In this document: in pieces, positions 6,786-16,584 of the stretch
Layout: every line of letters begins with the position of its first letter
How positions within the stretch are numbered: the stretch's first letter is position 1
Virus record (IMG/VR): IMGVR_UViG_2519899565_000007
DNA: 22,986 bases
From: a virus
Lineage: Duplodnaviria; Heunggongvirae; Uroviricota; Caudoviricetes
Direction: 5' to 3' (one strand)
Translations under genes and position numbers: made by a program
The notes under the pieces: generated by a model
What the model was told of the DNA's origin: nothing
Databases searched by the model: none
Seen by the model: the letters and a program-made list of their open reading frames with translations, nothing else

Positions 6786-9295
6786 TGCGGAATATCTCCG
6801 GAGAATCTCTGACGCTTCTGTGTCAGATCAAGAACAACGGGAGAACCATCATCTTTTAGCAGATAACCAGTACCAAGTTTCACCAGGTACTGACTATCGC
6901 CGTAACTTTGCAAACCATACTGACCAGGCGGTGTTTTTATCCCTGTGCCAACAACTTGTTCATTCCAAGCCTGATTAACCTGCTTATCGAATTGCTCTGC
7001 AGACATTCCCCACGGCAAAAGAACATTCCCCATTCCGTTATAGTCATGCACGCCACCTGTAGCTACGTTAACAGCCTGTTTCCAGATATCATTGTCAATT
7101 TCGCCTGATACCACGCCTTTTTTCGCCATCACACCAGCGTAATAGTCCTTTGCGATCTCGTATGCCATTGATGCCCCCTGAGCATCACCAGCAAATGCAT
7201 CCTTCACCATGTCAGAAAACTCAAGGCGAAGATCAGCATCTTTAGGCATCGGAATACCTTTCGCGTCATCAGTACCTTTACGAGCCGCCGCGCCAGCAAG
7301 AATTGTCTGCGCAGCGGTTTCTGGAGACACGGAAACATCCGGATTAAACCAGTTTTTTTCTGCCAAAATACCACCTGGCTTATCCATCAGTATCCCGGCA
7401 ACGGCAGCAGATGGAGCGTTGGCACTGATCTGCTGTAGTGCTGACATATACACCTGCCCACCACCAGTGCTCTGCCTGATGGTATCGAGATATGCTGCCT
7501 GTTGGGAAACGGGCGCATCACGAAAGAAAACACCGATCTGATTGGCCTCGTCTTTGGAAAAGAACGTCAGTGGAGTGCCATATGACTTAGCAAGGTCACT
7601 AACCTGAGCAGCACGCAAGGCAACGCTCTGTCCAAAGTTATCCTTATTGCTCATGTCGATAGGCTTTGCCTGTCCGGCGGCAAGAGAGAACTGTACAGGA
7701 TCAGCCTGTCGCTGCTTTATCACCTGACTTGCAGCCGACACAACGTTGTCATAAAGAGCGGCTCGTGCCGCATAACCCTCCCCTGTCTCACCAGTATCCG
7801 GGCGTAATTGCTCAACATATGCTGTAATGCTGCTTGTCGGCATGTTGCGGAAAGAGCCTATATACTGTCCGGCGATTTGCGTATTTCTGAACTCGGTATA
7901 TCGCAGGTTTCCTTCTCTTACTCCATAAGCTGCAATAAAATCAGCCTCACCAGGTGGGTTAGGAAATTCAACGCCACGCATATACGCAGCTGTCGCATCG
8001 CGAACCTGGCTGTCAATCATCGTTTTATATTCAGCCTGCTGCTGCCGACGCAGTTGATCCGCCTGTCGCATAAAACTTGCCTGCGCCTCAGGAGATGCCG
8101 CATCGAATGCTGCATTACCGGTATAGCGTTTGGTGTTGGTTGGAATTGTTGATAAACCAAGTGCTGCACTGACACCAGCAGTTAACTGCTGATCACTGTA
8201 TGGCTGGCTACCGTTCTCATGATGGATAATGGCTGCACAAAGCGCCTTCAGGGTATCAGGATTAGATGCATCGAGAGGCTCATCAGCAGAAACGCCAAGT
8301 TGTTCGCACACTGCTTTGATATACGACATAGTGTCATTTTTATCAGCAGGCGGTGCCCAGCGATTAATTATCTCGCTGACGGTATCAATACCCTGCCTCT
8401 GATACGACATCAGGTTCCGCCCTAATGCACGAATCCCGTGTTCAGGTGTTTCGAATTTAGCAAATCGACCATCATCACCGGTCTGGCCTACCCACGGATT
8501 AGTTTTGCTGTATTCGAGATTTCCTGGGTTATTGTTGCGTATGCCACGGGCACGCTCGGAAGAGTCACTATCTGCTACAGCACGGCGAGCTCCAGCAGCA
8601 GTATCACTTAACTCGCCATTACTTTGGATGAATGCGGTCGCATTGTTTGCCGACCACTGGGACAATGCAGCATCAGCAACCTTCTCTTTAAACTCGATTT
8701 TCTTGGCATGGATTTGCTCGTTGCTCCAGCCATGTGCAACACCGTACTCCTCAATTTGCTGGAAAGTTTGCTTGTTAGCCAATACGTATGCGGCGTTGTC
8801 GCCATACAATGCTGCGGCATTTTTACCATTGTTCAGCAGTGTCGCCTGAAACTGGCCTTCTTCGTAGGCATTAATTTGCCCTATCTCGTGTCGCCCGGCC
8901 TGCGTAGTGAACTGAATGCGCTGCTGCTGCGCCTGCTGCATGAAAGCATTACGAGCCTGTTCATCCGGCAGCGACATAGCCAGTTGTTCGACCTGAGCAT
9001 CAAACTGCTGCGTATACTCATGGCCTTTTCCAATAGCATTTTTCCCTTTCAGGTTAAGCAATCCTGTTTCAGGATTATTCAGCAGATCGCTGCTTATCTG
9101 ACTGAGGTTAAGAGATGCCTCCTGAGCCAGAGCGATATTGGCACGCTGTTTTGCCTGCCCCAAAACATCAATTGCCTCTGTCCCTGCCCGAACAAAAGCA
9201 TCACCAATACCTTGCTGAGAAAACGTCTGCAAGCCTGCTGACTGAACTCCACGACTCTCAACCTGACGTCCGGATACTGTTGGTACGACTGGCAT
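6782..9295 (-). CDS. Internal virion protein (837 aa), gp15-like by position; candidate globular domain at residues ~273-400 of the ORF-track protein (nt 8171-8554)
   Basis: ORF track begins at GTG 9370; ATG at 9295 has CCGGAGGATTATA upstream and overlaps the upstream stop (TAATG). Conserved-looking block ARGIRNNNPGNLEYSKTNPWVGQ... Confidence 0.7.
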   Translation of the reverse strand: MPVVPTVSGRQVESRGVQSAGLQTFSQQGIGDAFVRAGTEAIDVLGQAKQRANIALAQEASLNLSQISSDLLNNPETGLLNLKGKNAIGKGHEYTQQFDAQVEQLAMSLPDEQARNAFMQQAQQQRIQFTTQAGRHEIGQINAYEEGQFQATLLNNGKNAAALYGDNAAYVLANKQTFQQIEEYGVAHGWSNEQIHAKKIEFKEKVADAALSQWSANNATAFIQSNGELSDTAAGARRAVADSDSSERARGIRNNNPGNLEYSKTNPWVGQTGDDGRFAKFETPEHGIRALGRNLMSYQRQGIDTVSEIINRWAPPADKNDTMSYIKAVCEQLGVSADEPLDASNPDTLKALCAAIIHHENGSQPYSDQQLTAGVSAALGLSTIPTNTKRYTGNAAFDAASPEAQASFMRQADQLRRQQQAEYKTMIDSQVRDATAAYMRGVEFPNPPGEADFIAAYGVREGNLRYTEFRNTQIAGQYIGSFRNMPTSSITAYVEQLRPDTGETGEGYAARAALYDNVVSAASQVIKQRQADPVQFSLAAGQAKPIDMSNKDNFGQSVALRAAQVSDLAKSYGTPLTFFSKDEANQIGVFFRDAPVSQQAAYLDTIRQSTGGGQVYMSALQQISANAPSAAVAGILMDKPGGILAEKNWFNPDVSVSPETAAQTILAGAAARKGTDDAKGIPMPKDADLRLEFSDMVKDAFAGDAQGASMAYEIAKDYYAGVMAKKGVVSGEIDNDIWKQAVNVATGGVHDYNGMGNVLLPWGMSAEQFDKQVNQAWNEQVVGTGIKTPPGQYGLQSYGDSQYLVKLGTGYLLKDDGSPVVLDLTQKRQRFSGDIPQ

Positions 9296-9840
9296 TATAA
9301 TCCTCCGGGTAATCTGGTTCCTGCTGCTGCCCCGATTGGCGCAGGAGTGCTTTGAGTAAACGGACTCCACGTCCCACCAAACATCTGGTACGCACCGTAT
9401 GCCTTCAGAGGCGCAGTGAGCAATGTTGTTGCTGCTCCCACATTCCCCTGTTTACGGGCTGAACTGGCTTCTGCTTTATAGTTGGCAGCCTGAACCTGAT
9501 AACCGTAAGCCTCGCGTTGCGCGTTATTCACCGTCGTCAGCGAATCAAGAGCGCCAAACTGGGCAGTGTCGCCAAATATATCCAGCGCGTTACCTGTAGA
9601 TAAATCAGCGCCGGTAGCCCCCATTGTCGCCGCCTGTGTACCAAGCCGCTGTCGGGTCTCTCTGCGTCGTTGCTCAGCTTCAGCGTTACCTCTGTTTATT
9701 GCATCATTTGCCTGAGCTGTGGCTATATCTGCGTTCGCTTCTGCAACCTTCGAGGCATACTTTCCCTGTTGGTACTGGGTGTATGCCTGAATGCCACTCA
9801 TGGCGAGCATTGCGCCACCAGCAATAACCGGATCGCACAT
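9295..9840 (-). CDS. Internal virion protein (181 aa), gp14-like by position
   Basis: ATG at 9840 overlapping the upstream stop (TAATG); Ala/Gln-rich. Confidence 0.6.
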   Translation of the reverse strand: MCDPVIAGGAMLAMSGIQAYTQYQQGKYASKVAEANADIATAQANDAINRGNAEAEQRRRETRQRLGTQAATMGATGADLSTGNALDIFGDTAQFGALDSLTTVNNAQREAYGYQVQAANYKAEASSARKQGNVGAATTLLTAPLKAYGAYQMFGGTWSPFTQSTPAPIGAAAGTRLPGGL

Positions 9841-10304
9841 TATTTTCTCTCCATGTGAAATCTGTGGAAATTAAGACCAAGAGCACCATAAGGCGCGGCT
9901 TCTTCAAGCCTGAATCCAAGCCAGTGCAGCCATGCTTTGGCAACATGGTTTCGCTCGTCGACGTAGTTTTCCAGGCGCGGATAAACTGCCAGCATCTGCT
10001 GCAATACAGGGCGGCAGTGGCGAAGAAATGTCTTCTGATATTTTTCAATACGGCTGGTTCCTACCAGCCAGGGCGTACCATTGCCACCGATCATTGACGC
10101 CGGAGATACACCAAACATGGTTACCAGTTCTCCGTTCGCGAACCCTGACCAGGCCATAGTCGCAGTGCGAAGACCAACACGTAGCGCATCTTCGGTAGTC
10201 ATCAGTGATACTGCATACAGTTCGTCAATATCAGCCTGACGAACATCCGGCAAAATCATCTGAAGATGCTCTTCGGTAGCGGGAATAATTTTAACGTCGA
10301 TCAT
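9840..10304 (-). CDS. Small virion protein (154 aa), gp13-like by position
   Basis: ATG at 10304 overlapping the stop of the 823-aa gene (TGATG); ORF-track start at 10307 is TTG. Confidence 0.55.
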   Translation of the reverse strand: MIDVKIIPATEEHLQMILPDVRQADIDELYAVSLMTTEDALRVGLRTATMAWSGFANGELVTMFGVSPASMIGGNGTPWLVGTSRIEKYQKTFLRHCRPVLQQMLAVYPRLENYVDERNHVAKAWLHWLGFRLEEAAPYGALGLNFHRFHMERK

Positions 10305-12775
10305 CAAAATCCCCCAACAGTAAGGCGAGGAATAACGGCAAGAACAGACAGCGGCAACGGGTCAAGCTGACGGATTCTTACACGTCCGTTTTTGCCCCAG
10401 TTACTGTCCAGTTTCACTTCTACTTTTCCGGTAGCGTCATCAACAGGATCATCGTAGAACTCGAATTCACGCTGTGGATATTCGTACCATTTACCGCCTG
10501 GCGTAGTCGCCCAGATGCCGCGGCTGGCATTCACAACCAGAGTAACGGACGGGATCACCTGTTTTTTGTCCAGCAGCGTTTCCTGTCCGTTAATGTTGAT
10601 ATCCAGTGTTTCGAATTCAGCAGTTATTGGCAGGCCGATGTGCACTACAGCCCCCGGTGATTCCAGCGTGACGGCACCTCCGGAAACCACTTTCTGTGGT
10701 TCCACGTTCGCATCAGAGAGAATGTTTACGGTCTGGCCTTCAAGATGAGACAGGCCTCCAAATGTCCGGCGCGCCATCTGCCAGTTCATGGTGGCCGCAT
10801 TCCTGAGGGATGGCGGGACGTTCCTGTTGGCACGAACCACTACAGCGGTATTGCTGGTTACAGAAATAATGTCGCAACGTAATTCTTTTGACACTTCATC
10901 GCCAGTACCAGGATCAGTTCCGGCATAAGGGAACTGTAGTTGCGCGCCGACATCACTACTGGTGAAGTACGCACCACCAGAAACACTGATTGTATATTCC
11001 GCGCGATAATCCCATTCGCCAGAACCACCAGTGATGGTCATCGTTCTGTCAGACGTATTTCTTCCATCATAGCTAAGGCCAGAATCAACAAAGAAAGCAT
11101 CTTCATCGCTGGTAAATAAACGGCTGGACAGTCTCTCGATGTATCTCACTGTTTGCCCGTTAACGGTTCTGTTAACGACGAAATACACCGCATCTTCATT
11201 GCCTTCGCTGATACTGCATGTGCTTTCATATTTTCCGGTACTGGATTGTGGTGCCCATGCAAAAACCTGCTGATCACGCAAATAGGTCATCACCAGTAAT
11301 TTACCGTCATCACGGATGCAGAAGGCGCTGGAGTAAGGGACTATCGAGAAGCACCAGTCAACAATGCTGTGCTTCTGAAAAAGATGATTGGCAAGGATAG
11401 TAAGGTCGTTCCCCTGATAGCCGTCAACATCGAATGAGTAGGCCAGATCACGGACAACACTGCCTTTCTCCTGGACGAACAGAGCAATATTCGCCACGGC
11501 AATTGGTGGGACATTGCTCGAGCCATTTGATCCCTGAGAGCTGAATGCAAATGATGATGGGGTAAGCACTTTGTTCTGGTCTCCAGTGATGACGTACTCA
11601 CCTCCGGAAGTCAGCGCCACCAGCGAACCAACATCAATCAGGTGGCGGATCTCATTAACCTGACGCCCGGCATAGGTGTAGATAATTCTGTCGTCATCCT
11701 GCGTAGGATTGCTTTTGCCAAAATCCTTATAATCACCAGTACGGCTGGCCCAGATAGTCTGAGGGAACGCAGTCGATGCGGCGAAGTAAAGACGTTGTTG
11801 ATAATAAACAACAGTGCCAGGATAACCATTAACACTGTTCCAGGCATATTTAGCCCATTTATAGCTGGCATTATCCTCGCCAACGACCTGCGAAGGGATA
11901 TAGGAAATCACCTCGGCAGTTGCAGTAGTTCCATTTGCAGCAGAGATACGGGCAATGCCAAAACCACTGTGCAGATACTCCCACTCAATGCCGGTATCAT
12001 CATCACCGGATCCGCCCCAGCCATCCCATGATGTGCCTTCTGTATGAGAAGGGCGCAAAGTGCCTGTTTTGCCTGCTGTAACGGCGCGATAGTAGTTACT
12101 GTCTGCACGGCGAATATCGCCAATCGACGTACTCTTACTGGTTTCCCATACCGGCACTGAATCCACTGCAGGCTGTTCCAGATAGAACAATTTGCCTACC
12201 TGCTCCGCGCCAAAAATAGAGGCGTTTGCCGTTAACGTAATTGTCCCGGTGCTGGCGCTGGCATAAACCGTCACTGACTCGTCAATATTGATATCTTCAA
12301 ATGGCCCGTTCTTCGTTACCACATCAACAAGTTGCCAGTTGTCATGCGCATAGCGCCGCAACTCTTTCGGCGGGTATTCCGGGTGAACCAGCGTAAGCAC
12401 GTCAGCGCTTTGCGTGAATTTAATTCGGAACAGATCAGCTTCAGTATATGGCGTGGCAATTTCATAAATAACATTGCTGCTGTTCAGCACCAACGCACCA
12501 TCTTTGATAACGCGCATGTACTGGTGTCCGAACTCCAGAGCATAGGTCTGAACCGTCGAGAACTGGAACGGGATCAGGCGGCATTTCCGATTTGGGTATT
12601 TGGCGGCACCAACAAAACGCGTACCAGGTCGATTCTCAACGCCGCCATACTGCCGCACGATAAAGTTATCGCACTTGCGCAATGCCACCTGGTACTTCGC
12701 CATGTCGATACGACCATACAACGATGGTCCAATCTCACCACCGGCAAAGCTGGGCTGGATCCAACTGATAGCCAT
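10304..12775 (-). CDS. Tail tubular protein B / nozzle (T7 gp12-like), 823 aa
   Basis: N-terminus MAISWIQPSFAGGEIGPSLYGR resembles T7 gp12 MALISQSIKNLKGGISQQPDILRY as recalled; internal SRTGDYKDF...DDD block; size and position after a gp11-like gene. Confidence 0.7.
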   Translation of the reverse strand: MAISWIQPSFAGGEIGPSLYGRIDMAKYQVALRKCDNFIVRQYGGVENRPGTRFVGAAKYPNRKCRLIPFQFSTVQTYALEFGHQYMRVIKDGALVLNSSNVIYEIATPYTEADLFRIKFTQSADVLTLVHPEYPPKELRRYAHDNWQLVDVVTKNGPFEDINIDESVTVYASASTGTITLTANASIFGAEQVGKLFYLEQPAVDSVPVWETSKSTSIGDIRRADSNYYRAVTAGKTGTLRPSHTEGTSWDGWGGSGDDDTGIEWEYLHSGFGIARISAANGTTATAEVISYIPSQVVGEDNASYKWAKYAWNSVNGYPGTVVYYQQRLYFAASTAFPQTIWASRTGDYKDFGKSNPTQDDDRIIYTYAGRQVNEIRHLIDVGSLVALTSGGEYVITGDQNKVLTPSSFAFSSQGSNGSSNVPPIAVANIALFVQEKGSVVRDLAYSFDVDGYQGNDLTILANHLFQKHSIVDWCFSIVPYSSAFCIRDDGKLLVMTYLRDQQVFAWAPQSSTGKYESTCSISEGNEDAVYFVVNRTVNGQTVRYIERLSSRLFTSDEDAFFVDSGLSYDGRNTSDRTMTITGGSGEWDYRAEYTISVSGGAYFTSSDVGAQLQFPYAGTDPGTGDEVSKELRCDIISVTSNTAVVVRANRNVPPSLRNAATMNWQMARRTFGGLSHLEGQTVNILSDANVEPQKVVSGGAVTLESPGAVVHIGLPITAEFETLDININGQETLLDKKQVIPSVTLVVNASRGIWATTPGGKWYEYPQREFEFYDDPVDDATGKVEVKLDSNWGKNGRVRIRQLDPLPLSVLAVIPRLTVGGF

Positions 12776-13380
12776 CAGGACAACCTCGCAATGGTAAACT
12801 CGTCAACCGGTGGCTGTGGTTCCTGTGATTCATTCTGGCTATGCGAGCCAGCACTAAGAATCACGCGATTGTACATATTGATGGCAAACGTACCGAGGTC
12901 TGCATTCCCAGTCAGCGCCATGTTAATAGCTGCCGCAAGACGCCAGGCCAACGCCTCCATAAAAATGGCATCAAACATGTTCACATCTGTAACGCGAGAG
13001 ACATACTTGAGCCATGCCTGAGGCTGGTCTGTGTAGATCAACTTTCCTGTTCCGTTGGTGTCTGCACCAACTTCGTACTGAACGCGCATTGGTGCTGCTG
13101 GATTGCGTACACCAGGAAGCATAATTTCAGTAATGCGCAGACAATCGGACGGGTACTGGTACGCATATTCCCAGTCAGGCGGTGGATTGCTCGTATCTGC
13201 AAGCGCCACGCGTTTGGTAGCAAAGTTCCAGTCAAAATCAGAAAGCACAGCATCACGGCAGGCCTCAAAGTGCAGCGAACATTCCCCCGCTTCCTTGCTG
13301 GCTTCCGTCAGGCTGTTAATGCTGCGGCTATTGCCAATATTGGACAGCGCACGATTACAGATCTCTACTACAGAGGCCAT
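12775..13380 (-). CDS. Tail tubular protein A / adaptor (T7 gp11-like), 201 aa
   Basis: ATG at 13380 overlapping the upstream stop; N-terminal EICNRALSNIGNSRSINSLTE...DFDWNF matches the T7 gp11 pattern (ILASIGEPPVSTLE...GWTFN) as recalled; followed by a gp12-like gene. Confidence 0.65.
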   Translation of the reverse strand: MASVVEICNRALSNIGNSRSINSLTEASKEAGECSLHFEACRDAVLSDFDWNFATKRVALADTSNPPPDWEYAYQYPSDCLRITEIMLPGVRNPAAPMRVQYEVGADTNGTGKLIYTDQPQAWLKYVSRVTDVNMFDAIFMEALAWRLAAAINMALTGNADLGTFAINMYNRVILSAGSHSQNESQEPQPPVDEFTIARLS

Positions 13381-13703
13381 CACTCACCTCCGTTACCGTA
13401 CAGAGTTTCAGCCGCTGATTTTTCTACATCCCCGGAAACAGGAGCGATCGCCATATCAGTGATCTGCAGATCGGCGCTGCGATTAACGCCATCGTCAGTT
13501 TCTCTGGCTGACAGGCCTCGAATAACAGCCTTTGCAGTTATCATCACTTCTGTTCCGACGCCCTTAGGTTGCGCCTTCAGCTTATTCAATGTGTCGTTAT
13601 TCAGCGTGATGCACAGCCCCCACGGGTATTCATCGCGAGTTCTGGTTTCTCCGCTCTCATCCTGGTAGCTGTCAGTGCCGGTTTTGAGGTTTACGAGTTC
13701 CAT
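13380..13703 (-). CDS. Hypothetical head/tail-joining protein (107 aa)
   Basis: ATG at 13703 with AGGAG 5 nt upstream; ORF-track start 13709 is GTG. Confidence 0.55.
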   Translation of the reverse strand: MELVNLKTGTDSYQDESGETRTRDEYPWGLCITLNNDTLNKLKAQPKGVGTEVMITAKAVIRGLSARETDDGVNRSADLQITDMAIAPVSGDVEKSAAETLYGNGGE

Positions 13704-13710
13704 ATACACT

Positions 13711-13736
13711 CCTGCAATAAAGGGGCCGAAGCCCCT
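13711..13736 (-). terminator. Intra-operon intrinsic terminator/attenuator (AGGGGC-UUCG-GCCCCU followed by UUAUUG)
   Basis: 6-bp GC stem 13721-13726/13731-13736 with a UUCG tetraloop on the minus strand, short U-tract, then the RBS of the next gene. Confidence 0.5.
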
Positions 13737-13753
13737 TGTCTGATTCGCGAGGC

Positions 13754-14089
13754 TTACACGCCCAGTTCTTTACGCTTATCTGCGATCTTCTCGCGGAGCG
13801 TTTCGGCTTTGGCGTTATGGTGTGGCTTCTCGTTAAAGAGCAATTCGTACTCTTCACGGAGCTTATCCAGTTCACCATCATCTGACACATCGTTGATGAT
13901 TTTGGTGCTGGTTGCTGCCATTGACACCTTTCCTGCAACTTTTGCTTTTGCCTGTCTGGCTGCATCGTTAACAGGTTCCAGTGCGCTACCAGGCTCACCT
14001 TCGTATTCGATTTCTGCCCCCTCCGGCCACAGAGTGTTATGGATATGAGAGAGGCGCAGAACGCGGTATCTTGGTTTCTCACCTGACAT
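13754..14089 (-). CDS. Hypothetical head protein (111 aa)
   Basis: ATG at 14089 with AAGGTGA 6 nt upstream; acidic helical composition. The overlapping ORF 13672..14082 in another frame was rejected. Confidence 0.55.
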   Translation of the reverse strand: MSGEKPRYRVLRLSHIHNTLWPEGAEIEYEGEPGSALEPVNDAARQAKAKVAGKVSMAATSTKIINDVSDDGELDKLREEYELLFNEKPHHNAKAETLREKIADKRKELGV

Positions 14090-14099
14090 CGATATCACC

Positions 14100-14537
14100 T
14101 TAACCAGTTACTTTTGAGCGGATCGGGTACGGCGTATTGGCATCAACATCCAGACTGATACCCGCAGTGAATTTGCCGGCCGTTAGTGGGCCAGTTGCGA
14201 CGGAGTAGTTAACACGCAGATATCGCTGAACACCGGCTGGCACCTTTGCAGAAACAACTCGCTTACCTGCTGTCAGGGTGGCCTTTGCCAACGCACCACT
14301 ATCATAAATAGTGGTCCAAGAGCTGTTATTCTCACTCGTCTGCAACTGGATGTTTACAGTTGCCTCACCACTTGCCGTGGCGGCTTCGTTAACCAGCACC
14401 CAAAACTCAAGCGGGTAACCCACACCGATATCGCGACGGTTTCCATCAATTGGACCGAGATCGATTACGTCAGTAGAAGCCGCGGTATTCGTAACCGCCT
14501 GAGCTTCGGAGAACATCAACAGTTTGTCGGTGATCAT
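14100..14537 (-). CDS. Hypothetical head protein (145 aa), possibly a capsid decoration/accessory protein
   Basis: ATG at 14537 with GGAG 7 nt upstream; immediately downstream of the major capsid gene; beta-rich composition. Confidence 0.55.
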   Translation of the reverse strand: MITDKLLMFSEAQAVTNTAASTDVIDLGPIDGNRRDIGVGYPLEFWVLVNEAATASGEATVNIQLQTSENNSSWTTIYDSGALAKATLTAGKRVVSAKVPAGVQRYLRVNYSVATGPLTAGKFTAGISLDVDANTPYPIRSKVTG

Positions 14538-14552
14538 CTTCTTTCTCCATTA

Positions 14553-14572
14553 GTGGGTCTGTTACGACCCAC
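14553..14572 (-). promoter_or_regulatory. RNA stem-loop (GUGGGUC-N6-GACCCAC) between the major capsid gene and the next gene
   Basis: 7-bp perfect inverted repeat directly after the capsid stop; no U-tract, so more likely an mRNA stabiliser or processing site than a terminator. Confidence 0.4.
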
Positions 14573-14588
14573 AGGTTAATAACAGGCG

Positions 14589-15581
14589 TTACACCACGCG
14601 GGCTTCTGTTTCCAGAAGCGCATCAGTTTCACGGATTGGTACACCACGGAATGAAGTCCACCACTCGCCTTCTGTCTCTTTTACGCTGATCGCCAGAGAT
14701 GTTTTCTCCAGAGATTGCAGATCAAGAGCCTGGCCTACAGTGCGGTTCATGTAGAACACCGGGCGACCCATGCCACGATTTGGAATGCGATGCAGTGCTT
14801 TAACCATCAACTTCGCAATATTTGCGGCAGAGGAAGGTTCTGAAAGATTGCTGACATCGATGTTTGCAATGCGAACAACATAACGCCAGTCACGCAGAGC
14901 AAGTCCGTTGTCCCATTTGTAATGGGTACGGTAGCCTTCGTACTTGCCGCCATTAGCATCTTCCAGTGTCACCTGGCCTTTATCTTCCATCTGAATGCCA
15001 GCCTTCTGCCCTTTCGGGAAGATGCCATGCACTGTGTTTTCGCCCCACACCACTAACCAGATTGAGGTGTTATCTGTACCCGTGCCACCAGCATCAATGA
15101 TGTTCTGAGCATTACCTGCAGACAGGCTGGAATAGCGGGAGGACAGTCCCATAAACTGCTGAGGGTTAACGCTGGAATCACCATAAAACAGCGTCTGCGC
15201 CATCTGCTGATTCATCGCTTCAATAAATGCGCGGTCTTCAGACAGGCGGAATTCGGCGGTATTACCGTTCAGATCAGCCAGTGACTTATCGACTTCAGCA
15301 TAGGTTTCCAGCATGCCAACGGAGTCGGTGACCTGCACTGTGGTTGATTTGCTTGGCTGTACGCCATAGTTCAGCAAACGCCAGGTAGCTGAAGGTAAAC
15401 CAGAACGAATGGTGGTTCGGTGTCCGGTAGGAAGGTTCCCTTCGACAAAAGGCATATCCTGAAGGATCGGGTTAGTTTGACCGAGAAGCTCGATAATCTT
15501 ATCGACTTTCCCGTTTGGATCGACGCGCTTACCCCAGTCAGCCAGCGTTAGCGCAGTTAAGCCTTTAACAGCCATTGTCAT
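14589..15581 (-). CDS. Major capsid protein (330 aa)
   Basis: Size, position after the scaffold gene, strong RBS AAGAGGAA; second in-frame ATG at 15575 may be the true start. Confidence 0.75.
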   Translation of the reverse strand: MTMAVKGLTALTLADWGKRVDPNGKVDKIIELLGQTNPILQDMPFVEGNLPTGHRTTIRSGLPSATWRLLNYGVQPSKSTTVQVTDSVGMLETYAEVDKSLADLNGNTAEFRLSEDRAFIEAMNQQMAQTLFYGDSSVNPQQFMGLSSRYSSLSAGNAQNIIDAGGTGTDNTSIWLVVWGENTVHGIFPKGQKAGIQMEDKGQVTLEDANGGKYEGYRTHYKWDNGLALRDWRYVVRIANIDVSNLSEPSSAANIAKLMVKALHRIPNRGMGRPVFYMNRTVGQALDLQSLEKTSLAISVKETEGEWWTSFRGVPIRETDALLETEARVV

Positions 15582-15589
15582 TTCCTCTT

Positions 15590-16285
15590 TTATTTGCCAT
15601 AGAGCACTTCGGCCGCACTACGCTGGCCTTCATTACCACCGGTGACCATGCCATCTTCAGACATCGCCTTTCCGATTTTCACGAACGTTTTGACCAGATC
15701 AGGGTGATTACCCAGCCCGGTGGTGTTCAGATATTCTTTGAGTTCAGGTGTCCCGAACTGGTCAAGCGCACGCTGTGCGGCGCTAAGGTTAGAAATCAAC
15801 TTGTCGCCACCGATTTCTTTGTCAGCTTTTACATCCGCAGCCCACTGCTCGGTTGTTTTCTGCCAGGCTTCTGCCTGGCGCTGCTGAACACCTGCCAGAA
15901 TCTTCGGATAAGCATCAACCAGCTTTTGCGCTTGCTCGTTGGTCAGGTTTAGTTCTCGCGCCACCGGCTCGAATTCCTTCAACGCTTCTGTATCCAGCTC
16001 TACGCCTTCGGCAGCCTGAAACTCGTACTTCTCAGGCGCACCCTCTGGTTTATCGCCGTCCTTTTTTTCATCCTGCTTATCGTTTTCAGGCTTTTTGTCA
16101 GCAGCAGGTTTATCGCCATCAGCAACAGGTTGTGGCTTATCACCTTCCTGTTGTGATGGATCACCAACTGGAGCTGGGTTATCACCTGCAGGCGCTGACG
16201 GTTCTGAAGCAGCCGGAGCTGCTCCACCATCGACTGGTTGCTCATTGCAAAGACGGCTATACAGCAAACGCTCAAATAAATTCAT
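15590..16285 (-). CDS. Scaffolding protein (about 231 aa from the ATG at 16285)
   Basis: Acidic, Pro/Asp/Lys-rich low-complexity N-terminus then helical region; located between portal and capsid; ORF-track start 16291 is GTG. Confidence 0.65.
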   Translation of the reverse strand: MNLFERLLYSRLCNEQPVDGGAAPAASEPSAPAGDNPAPVGDPSQQEGDKPQPVADGDKPAADKKPENDKQDEKKDGDKPEGAPEKYEFQAAEGVELDTEALKEFEPVARELNLTNEQAQKLVDAYPKILAGVQQRQAEAWQKTTEQWAADVKADKEIGGDKLISNLSAAQRALDQFGTPELKEYLNTTGLGNHPDLVKTFVKIGKAMSEDGMVTGGNEGQRSAAEVLYGK

Positions 16286-16287
16286 GA

Positions 16288-16584
16288 TCACTCCTGTTCA
16301 CTGGCCTCTTTGGCCATCTTCAAATACTGTTCAGGGCAATGCGCCATAACGCGCTGAAACAGTTCCAGCGCCAGATTGCGTTGCCCCTCATTAAATGCCA
16401 TTGCCATAGCATCCATCGGAGAGATAGCGGAAAACACCCGGCCTTTCTCCAGCACAGACCAGACAACGCGACGCCCCTGTTCACTGCTCATGACAAAGCG
16501 AATGTCATCAATTTCACGCTGTGCCATGTCACGTTGCTTACGGGCGTTTTCTTCTTTCAGTTGATCGTCTTCGTAATCTGTCAT
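16288..16584 (-). CDS. Hypothetical small head-module protein (98 aa)
   Basis: ATG at 16584 overlapping the portal stop (ATGA); AGGGTGGG upstream. Confidence 0.55.
   Translation of the reverse strand: MTDYEDDQLKEENARKQRDMAQREIDDIRFVMSSEQGRRVVWSVLEKGRVFSAISPMDAMAMAFNEGQRNLALELFQRVMAHCPEQYLKMAKEASEQE
16521..16532. repeat. Copy d of the palindrome family: GTGCCATGTCAC (1 mismatch), flanks match copy a (TGTG-CATGTCACGT)
   Basis: Direct comparison with 2001-2016; lies inside the 5' part of the 98-aa gene. Confidence 0.5.

Noticed and set aside
9296-9370. N-terminal extension of the 837-aa protein given by the ORF track (start at 9370)
   Set aside because: That start is GTG and the extension overlaps the upstream gene by 76 nt. 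The ATG at 9295 has a GGAGG SD and overlaps the upstream stop.
12332-13668. Plus-strand ORFs of 229 and 275 aa antisense to the tail-tube genes
   Set aside because: Overlap the gp11/gp12-like genes whose products carry recognisable motifs; shadow ORFs.
13672-14082. Alternative-frame 136-aa minus-strand ORF overlapping the 111-aa head gene
   Set aside because: The competing frame (13754..14089) has a strong SD and protein-like composition; this one is Cys/Arg-rich with no coupling signal.
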